Below the pieces are notes generated by a model. It searched no databases and had not been told where the DNA came from. It saw only the letters and a program-made list of their open reading frames with translations. A DNA stretch of 22,689 bases, taken from assembly GCA_002245135.1 (NCBI GenBank), contig NGBS01000873.1:372001-394689 (forward strand). The letters run 5' to 3'. The stretch comes from Proteromonas lacertae (Eukaryota). The translations under genes were made by a program, and so were the position numbers. How positions within the stretch are numbered: position 1 is the stretch's first letter; each line of letters begins with the position of its first letter. Positions 10,701 through 20,660 of this stretch are shown in pieces.

Positions 10701-11872
10701 CTACTGAAACAGTGGAGTGTATGGCATTAGATAGTGTTTCATTTTTAAATTTTGTTGGTCCTTATCTTGGTGCAATGGGAGATGAAGCTAAAAAACGAGA
10801 TCAAGAATCAATAGTGAATGTGTTAAGTAAATTTCAATTTTTTGACAAATTACCAGTAGAAACAAATCTTCAATTAGCGAATGTATTAAGTTCAAAGACA
10901 TTTAAAGATGGTGAATATATAACGAAAGAAGGAGATAGAGATACAAATACTGAATTTTTCATAATATTAAATGGAGAAGTAAAAATAACCAAAAATCAAA
11001 ACCCTGATCATCCAATCGCTATGCTAAGTTATGGAGATTATTTAGGTGAGATAGCAATGTTGACAGGTCAAAGTCGAACAGCAAATGCAGTGGCAGTTGG
11101 ATTAGTTGAAACCTTAGTATGTAATGAAGAAAATTTCAAGAAATTATTGAAAGAACCATTTGAGAAATTGCTAGGAATAAATGCGAGTAGTGTTTTAACT
11201 CCGAATGGTGATGGAGGTCGTGGTTCAATAACAATCAATAATAATAATAATAATAAAGATGAAACTGAATTAACAATGACTCAAAGATATCGAACTCGAA
11301 AATTGAGTAATAAAGCCTTACAACCAACTCCAGTTAAAACAATAAGAGCTAGTGTAAAAGAAGGTAATACTGCTTCAAATCGAACAATTGGTTTATATGG
11401 AGGAGTAGAAGATGAAATGCAAAGTGCAAGTGAAGAAGAATTTTTCTTATCAAATGATGATGAAGATTATTTATTTGATGCAAGTAATACCTTAACGAAA
11501 GCTCATTATATAATCTTAAAAGTTCAAAGTGGTCCAATGAGAGGTGAATTATTTGCGATTGAAAGTGATTTAATAACAATAGGTCGAGGTATTTGTACAA
11601 TTACAGTGAATGATATGAGTTTAAGTAATGTTCATTGTTGTATTGAATATCGTGATGGTGGTTATTGGTTATATGATAGTGACAGTGAAAGTGGTACGTT
11701 TTTACAATTGGGAGTTGGTTTAGCATTTCCAGTTCAAGTTGGTGATGTGTTTCGATTAGGTCATACTGAATTGACAGTGTTAGGTAAAACAAAGATAGTT
11801 CAAAAGAGTAGTACAAGTGGTAAAGATGATGATGATGATGATAAAAGATCAAAATGTTGTATAATGATGTGA
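7797..11872 (+). CDS. Casein kinase 1 family kinase fused to 3 FHA-like + 2 cNMP-binding + 1 FHA domains, with C-terminal CCIMM (CaaX); ~1309 aa
   Basis: Exons 7797-7811, 7843-7989, 8020-8092, 8128-8247, 8298-11872; introns 31, 30, 35 and 50 nt; total 3930 nt. CK1 motifs IGNGSFGE, VALKFE, PQLIYE, MELLG, HRDIKPEN, IIDFGLSK, LTGTARYCSINAH, EQSRRDDLES, LPWQG, PDYRYLR, FDW. CNB motifs GEIIVQQGE...LYIIKKGKV and GEYITKEGD...FFIILNGEV...LGEIAML...RTA. FHA motifs IGR...H...GT...GD.F..G. Confidence 0.93.
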
Positions 11873-11980
11873 TTATAATAATATTTTATACTTAATAATA
11901 AATGAATAAAATAATAAAAATTTTAGTTTATTTTTTGTGTATGATATTGTTTATTAGTGGGATCATGATAAACATGAATT

Positions 11981-11988
11981 TGTTTGTT
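11981..11988 (+). terminator. TGTTTGTT putative 3'-end/polyadenylation signal of the CK1 fusion gene
   Basis: Exact match to the GU-rich motif described downstream of Blastocystis poly(A) sites, ~110 nt after the stop codon. Confidence 0.45.
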
Positions 11989-12040
11989 GTTTTAATCAAT
12001 TTTACATAAATAATGAAACGACTATATTTTTGATTGAAAA

Positions 12041-15000
12041 ATGTTTTGTGTAGAAGAGTTATTAAAATCAATTCTTCCTGTTATAGTTAAAGTATTTAAA
12101 TAAATTTGTAATGAATAGATAAGAAAGAGAGTTGAAAAAAGTGATAATGAAGTAGATTTTGTAGTAGAATATAATGATGATGTTAGTGTAATGAAAATGA
12201 TTAATGTTAAGTGGATGAAAGAGAAGAGTATGTTAGAATTCCTTGAGACAAACTCCTTTTTGTCAGATTATTGTCTACCCTTCATATATCCTTCTAAAAT
12301 ACTTCAAATCTACAATTGTGATGAGTATATGTTGATATCACGATCATATTATTCAAGAGATTTAGAAGAGCTACTTGAGAGTAACTCTGTTGAGAATAGT
12401 GATGTAAATAGAGTTATATGTTCAATATGTGATAATCTGATGATATTGAGTGAAAATGATATAATGATTGGTAATTTGAAGAGTAGTAATGTGATATATG
12501 AAAGAGATGGTGAAGTTAATTTATGTGATTTATGTTTGAATGAATTGAGAAGAGAAGAGAATATGAGAGTGTATGATATTTGCTTCAAAAGCCCAGAAGA
12601 GTTGAATGGATATGAATGTAATGATGGAAGTGTGATATGGTCAATAGGTTGTATATTATATGAGATGATTTGTAAGAAATTACCATTCAATGAAGATAAT
12701 AATGTGAATAAAACCATAGAAAATATCATGAAATGTAAATACAATGTTGATGTAGAATGTGATGAAATGATGATGAAAGAGATGATATTCAGAATGTTGA
12801 AAGTGAGAAATGAAGATAGAATGAGTTTGAAAGAGTTGAAAAAAGAAATGATGAAAATGAGTGAAATATTGAAAGATGAAGACAATTTGATGATATGTAG
12901 AGAAAGAAAAGAAATGTTATTTAGTTGTGATTTTATGATAGAAATATCACCATTTAATTTTCAATCAATATTTTATCTTCACAATAATAAATGGAAAGAA
13001 ATTCGAAATTTATTAATAAAATCTTATAATAATAAACCAAATGAAAGAATATTGGCAATATTATTGATGATGAAATTATACAAACATGATGAATCAATAA
13101 AAGAAAAACTAAAATTAATTCATCACCAGTGTAAAGATAGAAGAGAATGTTATTTAGATGAATTGATATGTAATATTGATTATTATGAAGAATTAATTAC
13201 AATTTATTCATACAGTATATGTTTATGTGATGAAGGAATTAATTTTCTGTTTAGAATATTGAAACTAATTGATCCAACACAACTGTCATTTAGTATAATT
13301 ATTTAATTAATAATACACTTAGATAATGGATATGATGATTGTGATTGTATTTCAATCCGATATCAATCATTATTTGGATTATTATTTTCTCAATTAACAA
13401 ATCTACAAGAATTAGATTTATCTTCTTGTAATCTTACTTCTGAATTCATTGAATCATTTGTTAAATCAATTCCATTGATGAAACTGAAATATTTAGATTT
13501 AATATGTATATATTATTCTATTTTCATTCTATTTTGAAATAGGTAATCCAATTGGTCCAAAAGGATTCAAATTGTTACTTCCATATTTGCATTTATTTAT
13601 CAACAAATTGAATTTTTATAAAATGAATTTAAATGATGAATCGATGATATTATTATCAAAAGAGTTATATAAATATCCAAATATTCAAGGAATAGATATT
13701 ACATCAAACAATATTCATTCAAGAGGATTAAAAGCCTTATTCTCTAAATTTCCTATTTCAAAAATCGAATTTGATTTTAATGAATGTAAAGAATTGTTGG
13801 TTGATAAAGATATTCCAGAATTAATAGAATTTATTAAAGATTATAATCAATTAAATCTGAGTTATTCAGAAATTGATGATGATTTATTCAAATCATTCAT
13901 TTCATTAAGATCAAATGAATTTGAGAAGATAAAACAGTTAGATTTGAGTTGTATATTTTAATATTTTTCTATTAATTAGATAATAAACTAACATATAAAA
14001 GTATGGAAATACTGATAAACAATTTATCTTCATTTCCTAACCTTAAACATCTTCAGTTGTATGGCAATGAAATAGGAGATGAAGGAATGAAAATATTATC
14101 TCCTCATTTAGATTTATTAAAAAATATTTATAAAAGAATAAATTGTTCAAGTATTGTTGTTATAATATTATATGTAATAGAAATGAGATTATCTTCAAGT
14201 GGTTTAAAATATTTAATAGATGGTTTAAAGAATATCGATGAAAAGATTGAACTTGATGTGAGTGATAATAATATAGATTCACATGGAATAGAGTATTTGG
14301 TGAGTTTTGTAAAAGAGAATAATAATGTTGAAAAGTTAATCATACATAGTATATTTATATCAGCATGTAATATGCTCAATAGATAATCCAATTGGTAATA
14401 TTGGATTTAGACTATTACAAAACAATTTTAACATGTTATGTGAATATAATGAAATGAATTTGAGTAACATCTCAATAGATGATGAAAGTGCAAAGTTATT
14501 AGCAGATAGAATTAATAAGATAATATGTTCTACAATCTATCTAAATGGAAATAATATTGGAATGAATGGATTGAAATCAATATGTGAAAAGTCATTAGAA
14601 AAAGAAGAATATCCATTTATAGAAATGAAGAATTTATCATGGACAAATGAAGAATTGGAATATTATTTGGATTATTGTATTAAAAAGAAAAAAGATATTT
14701 ATAATTTTTCAAGTATAATATCAAATTTCTAATGAAATAGATTTAAATCTCAACAGTTCTCATATTTCATTGTTTAAGTGGATTAATCATTATATAGAAC
14801 TTGATTTAAAATAATCATATCAATTTTAAAGGATTAAAGGAATTAATAGAATTTTCCCCAGAATATGCAGAATATATTCTAATATATAATAATCCAATTG
14901 GAGATGAAGGAATAGAGATAATGTGTAAATACTTAGATAAATTCGTTGAATATTTTAAATCATTAAATCTTTCAAGTATTATATGAATATTATCTATTTG

Positions 15001-15307
15001 AATAGATATTGTAATGAGTGAAAAAGGATTGAAAATGATAATAGAAAGATTAAAAGATTATAAACTATTAGAAAAGATAAATATATCAGGAAATGAATTA
15101 GATGAAAGTGAATTAAGATTAATGAAAGAGAATGAAGCGGTATTTGATTGTTTAAGTGAATTATCAATAACAGTGAAAGAGAATATAGATAAATCAGAAT
15201 TAAAATCATTTTTAGAAACATTTTCATCAATTGGAAAAATAAAACTAGATGGACTATCAGATGAAGAAAAGAAAGAATTATCAAAAGAATTATTTAACAT
15301 AGAATAA
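12041..15307 (+). CDS. Pseudokinase (NEK/CAMK-like, catalytically degenerate) + ribonuclease-inhibitor-type LRR protein, copy B; one frameshift near 14810
   Basis: Exons 12041-12091, 12119-13292, 13323-13505, 13543-13950, 13980-14150, 14181-14348, 14383-14712, 14741-14975, 15006-15307. Kinase remnants IGNLKSSN (for HRDLKxxN), DLC (for DFG), SPE, IWSIGCILYEM...PF. LRRs LQELDLSSCNL, LKHLQLYGNEIGDEGMKIL, LDVSDNNIDSHG, IYLNGNNIGMNG. Exon 8 is 235 nt with an in-frame TAA after an A-run. Confidence 0.85.
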
Positions 15308-15385
15308 TTATTAATTATTATATTATATATATATATACCAACAAAACACACAAAAATGTAATTCGATAAAAAAAATCAATTTCTT

Positions 15386-17205
15386 TTAACTACTAGAAGG
15401 TAATGGAGTTGATTCAGTATTAGTAGGAGCAGTTGGTAATTCTTGTGGTTTCATTGCTGGGAATAACAATACTTCCTTAATATTATTACTATCTGTTAGT
15501 AACATTGTCAATCTATCTACACCTAATCCCCAACCACCAGTTGGTGGTAAACCATATTCTAAGGCTACACAGAAATCTTCATCATAAGGCTGAGCTTCAT
15601 CATCTCCAGCACTTTTATCTTTCATTTGACCCATAAATCTTTCTCTTTGAACTTTTGGATCATTCAATTCAGTATAAGCATTTATTAATTCAAAACAATT
15701 CACAAATAATTCAAATCTTTCAGTTAATCCTGGAATACTTCTGTGGAATTTAGCTAATGGTGAGCAAATCTCAGGATGATCACAAATAAATGAAGGATTT
15801 GTACATTTTGGTTCAATAAAATGTTCTACCAATTTATCTAATAATCTAGCTGTTGTTTTAGGGTCTGGACAGTCGACTTGTAACTCTTCACATTTCTTAA
15901 GTAAAAAATTATGACATTCATCACTTTCTAATGGTTTAGGAATGGTAAATCCTCCAAATTCTTCTACGCTTGAAACCATTGAATATCTCTTCCATGGTGG
16001 AGTAAAATCAATCTTTACAGGTTCATTTTCCATCCCATTACTGTGATATTCGATTATATAACTACCTGTTACTTCTTTAACCATTTTACTGATCATATCT
16101 TCAGTCATATTCATTAAATCATTATAATCAGCATAAGCCATGTAAAATTCACAAGTGGTAAATTCTGGATTGTGAGTTAAATCAATACCTTCGTTTCTAA
16201 ATTGTCGACCAATCTCATAAACTCTATCTAGTCCACCTACTACTAACTGTTTCAAATATAATTCAGGAGCTATTCTCATGAATAATTCCATATTTAAATC
16301 ATTGTGATGAGTTACAAATGGCTTGGCTGTTGCTCCACCTGCTTTCATATTCATCATAGGAGTTTCAACTTCTAAGAATCCTAAATTATCTAAATATTTA
16401 CGAATTGAACGGATTATATTAGCTCTTGTGTTGAATATTGTTCTAGTTTTATCTCTAATCATTAAATCTAAGTATCTTTGTCTGTATCTTGTTTCTTGAT
16501 CCTTCAATCCAATTCTTGCATCTGGCATCATGTATAAACAGGGTGATAATATTTGTATTGTATGTGCGAAAATGGATAATTCACCTCTCTTTGTCTTGCC
16601 TGGGAATCCTACTACACCAATAATATCACCTCTCTTGATCTTGTTGTTGCATGTGATGAATTGTTGAGTTTTTTCTTCCTCTGAACTTCCTTCGGATGGA
16701 GTGTAGTACATTAAGTTACACATAACTTGTACTTTTGATCCTTCTCCATGACAATCGTAAAATACTAATTTACTTCCACTTGAACGTTTACTGTATACTC
16801 TTCCTGCAATACTTACAGATTGGTCCGTCAATAATTGGTCATTTTCCAAATCCTTGTATTTCTCGACATATTCTGGGATTCTAAGAGAAACTTGAAATTT
16901 GTGAGGATAATATGCTTTTTCATCAGCAAATACAACCTTTGAACGATTTTCATGATATTTCCATGGATCAGTTTCTTCAGTATCTTTATCTAAAGATGCT
17001 CCTTTACCTTTACCTTCTCCATCTTCAGCTTTTTTAGCAGCTTTAGCTGCTTCCTTTTCAGCTTTCTTTTTTGCAGCTTCTTCAGCCTTCTTTCTTCTTT
17101 TAAGTTCATTTTTACTCAAAGTTTCACCTAATGATAAAATAAGCAAAATTTTGCAATACCTCCTTCAACTGGAACTTCTGGAGCTTGTTCTACTTTATCA
17201 CTCAT
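15386..17205 (-). CDS. KARS: Cytosolic lysyl-tRNA synthetase (class II)
   Basis: Exon 1 17205-17160 ([15 protein letters not shown]), 32-nt intron 17159-17128, exon 2 17127-15386. Motifs [81 protein letters not shown]. Confidence 0.98.
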
Positions 17206-17382
17206 TAGAAATTAGTAAAAATGCAAAAAAACAAATCTTTGAAGTGTTTTAATAAAAATGTCATTCACAATTAGCCTCACACAAACTCGTCATTTTTTTT
17301 ATTATTTCTCAAAACCAACAGCAACACAGTTTAGTTGAAAAATGTTGAAAAAAATAGTATATATATTAGATAAGATAAACAT

Positions 17383-18314
17383 TTATATATCCATAGAATG
17401 GTATCCTGGACAGGACGAAAAAATATCACTGTAATCATCATTGAACTCATCATACCACGTGTTTTGATTTAAAAAATCTTGTGAAAATGATGATTCTCTT
17501 GGTGAGTCATGTATAAACGAAGGAGTTTGTAATAAGGACGATTGAGAAGACAATAAAGGTAGTTGCATCTGTTGTTGTTGTTGCTGCTGCTGCTGCTGCA
17601 ATTGCTGTTGTTGTAACAAATCTTGTTGTTGTTGATAAATATTATACTGCGGCAAAGCGTAATTATCACAGTTGGTAGTGTTGGTATTATCAATATTATT
17701 ATTATTATTAGTAGTAGTAGTGGTAATACAACTATTCTGAGGACAAGGTGGAATGTTTAAATAATACGAGGAATCTGAATATAAATTAGGATTACACAAC
17801 GAAATAGGACTTTGTTGAATGGAAGTATTCTCATTAGTAGATGTATTGGACATGTATTGAGGTTTTGGACCAATTAAAGGCAAATGTTTTAGTGTAACGC
17901 ATTGGTTAGGATTATAATATTGCGGCTGATAATTGAATTGTATAGGGTACTGCATAGGCATAGAATCAATGTCAAATGTAATGTTCTGTTTTGATAATTT
18001 CTGAAAATACTTTTGAGCATGAGTACGGACTTGTACAACAGTTCTAGTTTTAACTAAAGTAGAAATCATTTTCCAATCTTTGCCGTACTTATCTAAACCC
18101 TCAAGAAAAAGATCATGTTCCTCTTTTGTCCAACGGCCTACAGTATAGTGTTTGTTGGTATACCGATGTGATCAGCAAAAGTTTTTGTGTGGTGTTTTTG
18201 TTTAGTTGGCTGTTCATATTGACTCATTTTCTGTAATTCCTAAAACATATAAATTCTACTCCATACATTTTGACTTAGCGAATTATCTAACGACATAAAT
18301 GGTATAGTTTCCAT
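17383..18314 (-). CDS. Single-repeat MYB-related transcription factor (SHAQKYF class) with Q/N-rich C-terminus
   Basis: Exons 18314-18267, 18239-18164, 18137-17383; introns 27 and 26 nt. Splicing restores [45 protein letters not shown]. The start could also be the downstream ATG at 18296. Confidence 0.9.
17570..17635 (-). repeat. CAA/CAG polyglutamine coding repeat
   Basis: [22 protein letters not shown] in the MYB C-terminus. Confidence 0.9.
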
Positions 18315-18623
18315 TAAATTACTTTTCTATAAACAATTAAAAAACACAAAAAAAAAGGCGGTTTCGAGGTTTGACTCTGATCGTGAACTAACAAATGAGC
18401 TTTCTTTATTTTTTATTTACGCAATATGATTGGTTGGCTTGGCTCGTATTTAGGCTTGAGTGTCAAACCTATTTCCCCAATTACATTTGGTTATACACGT
18501 CAGATATTGATCTGATTGAGTATTATCTCTAAAATATGCGCTCACATGATTGCAGCTGAGATCTCTTATTAAAAACACATTTAAACCCGATGCAGCAAAA
18601 AACATCATAAAAGTATAAAGGAT

Positions 18624-19521
18624 TTATGTTAACATATTATACAAAGTCAGTCCAACAGCGACAATTAAGACGATCATCACAAGATATCTACAAAAGTGAT
18701 CTTCTTTTTTAGCTTCATCTATTAGCCTGTTCAATTCTTTGTTATTCTTATCTAATTTTGCTTGTTGTGTGTCCATATTTTTATCTATATCGTTAATCTT
18801 CTGTTCCTGTTTCTTCAACTCATCTCCCATATTTGTGGCTATATCTTTGAGAGTATCCAAACCATCTCCTATTATATTAATCATATCATCAATCTCTTTG
18901 TCATTTTGCTGTATTTGTGCTAAAGCTTGTTTCTGATCTTCTGTTAATTCTGGATTTTCAGCTTCACCTCCAGCTGTTGATGGAATTTTCCCATCTTCTG
19001 GTATAGTTTGGATATCGTCATTTTTACATACAAAATCATCATCATCATTCATCACTTTTTCTTCTGCATCTTTTTAATTTCCATTATTTCTTTGAGAAGT
19101 TCTGTTATTACTTTAGTTCGAAATTGCTTTTCATCTGGAGTTAATTTAGACTATTTATATTAAATAGTTATAATCGAATATAAAATACTCTTCTACTTTT
19201 ATTTTCTTGTTCTATTAATTCACCCTAAACTATTAAAGTCAGCTAAAACCTGATTCAATTCATATCGAATTGAGGAGTTCATCTCAATTACAAGTCTACG
19301 ATTACTTCCTGCTTCTATTAGTGCATTTCTTTTGGTTATTAACTATTCAATAAAACAATATATTTTACTTCTCGAGTTTCGTCAATCTCAGCATTTCACC
19401 TTCTTCTTCATTCTAAAGAAATTGATCGAGCTTCTTTTTTAACCTGTGGGTCTTCAAGGTCTACAGTATAGACTTCTTGCAATTCAAGAATTCTCTTTAT
19501 TATCGGCTCCACTTCACTCAT
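18624..19521 (-). CDS. Qc-SNARE (SYP7/syntaxin-like) with C-terminal transmembrane anchor; several apparent frameshifts
   Basis: ATG 19521 (MSEVEPIIKRILELQE), introns 19368-19343 and 19188-19151. SNARE motif NDKEIDDMINIIGDGLDTLKDIATNMGDELKKQ...IDKNMD...LDKNNKELNRL, then TM FCRYLVMIVLIVAVGLTLYNML. The 5' half needs single-base corrections in homopolymer runs near 19435, 19420, 19395, 19223 and 19055-19080. Confidence 0.8.
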
Positions 19522-19585
19522 ATTAAGTTAAAACTGATTTAATGTTAGCTTGATATAAAGCTTGTCTTTTTCATTTTAGTTTTGA

Positions 19586-20497
19586 ATGAATTTAAATTTA
19601 TATGTGTATCAAGCAAGAAACCTGAGAAAGGTACAAACTTTTGGAAATCAGTCCGCCAGTGGCTGTAATTACAGTGGGTGAAAGGAAGTTTCAAACCTCT
19701 GTTAGTGAAAATACTGGAAAAGAAGCAAGTATTGATTATGATTTTAAAATGAAATAGAATGGGATGATTTAGTGGAGATACTGTTGATGGAAATACTAAA
19801 AATATATTCATTGAAGTGTATGTCCAAATCTTTTATTTTTAAATAGTTATGATAAAAAAATATCTTCTAGATCAATGATTGGAATGGTTGGAATAGCTAT
19901 TGCGCAATTGTTTCAAAATAGAGGATATCTCAATCGAATTTGGTTGCCTATATCACACGAATCTGGATTTATAAGTAAATCTAAAAAACCAGCAGGTGAA
20001 ATAGAAATAGAAATTGAACCATTAGTGGCTTATAAACCAAGGGAAGAACCATTATCTAAAAACACTACTAAATCAGGTTCAAAACTATCAGAGGATCACA
20101 AGGTTCAAATGGTGGTAGAACTTCCCTTAGAAATACTGGTAATCTATTAACAGAACCGTCTTTAACAAAACCTAAAAGAAGATCGATAACTACACCTGCA
20201 TCCACTGCTCCTATGCCTGGTGCTATTGGTGCAGAGGGACTTGAGAAAAAACCAATGCCACTTCCTGTTCCTAACTGCTATCCTGGTGGATTTATTCCTC
20301 CTGTTAAACTCAATGATAATAAAAATAAGACAGAGACTCTGACTGAAGTTACTGCTGGTAATTTTTCACCTCCTAAAGCTCAAAAGAAAGATGCTATTCC
20401 TCCGCCTTGTAGATTCGAACCTCCTGATAATGTAGCACTTCCTTCTTCTACTGATGAACTTCCTCCTAGATTTTCTCCTCCTGCAGCTGAAAGCTAA
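19586..20497 (+). CDS. C2-domain protein with proline-rich C-terminal tail; apparent frameshifts
   Basis: C2 strands LNLYVYQARNLRKVQTFGNQSP.AVITVGERKFQT...KEAKW...IFIEVYDK...MIG...IAIAQL...WLPI...KPAGEIEIEIE. Introns 19729-19757 and 19818-19846. Frameshifts near 19653, 19780 and 20085 join the ORF-track fragments. Confidence 0.75.
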
Positions 20498-20660
20498 ATA
20501 GAATCTCTATTTTTCTATCTTCTCTTTTAATGGAAAAATATTTAGCATAATTACTTTAATATAATTAAAAGTGAATTTTTCATTATTTGTTGGCTGCTAA
20601 AGAGAATGAATAGAATGATATTTAAAAAAATTATACCCGTTTCGTTGTTTTGTCGTTAAT

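Noticed and set aside
9060..11852. Several short minus-strand Leu/His/Tyr-rich ORFs, and similar ones at 1301, 2512, 3972, 7830, 14128, 14994, 15058, 17469, 18739, 19545 and 21649
   Set aside because: Low-complexity antisense or alternative-frame ORFs overlapping well-supported genes, with no recognisable motifs.
1..13036. Inverted repeats as the termini of a transposon
   Set aside because: The repeats are intron-containing protein genes. No transposase, integrase or target-site duplication is visible, and the enclosed genes are cellular.
14800..14820. AAA-TAA as a Euplotes-type +1 programmed frameshift
   Set aside because: The LRR consensus LDLxxNxI fits two missing A bases better than a +1 skip, and other shifts (e.g. 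~19653) are not at stop codons. Sequencing error or a disabling mutation is simpler.
18149..18156. TGTTTGTT on the plus strand inside the MYB intron as the end of an antisense transcript
   Set aside because: No plus-strand gene leads into it, and an 8-mer of this composition can occur by chance.
19390..19440. TGA read-through or alternative genetic code in the SNARE 5' exon (two in-frame TGA)
   Set aside because: Three +1 homopolymer corrections give a more SNARE-like helix (KKLDQFFRMKKKVNAEID). TGA, TAA and TAG all act as true stops elsewhere, and Trp is TGG in conserved motifs.
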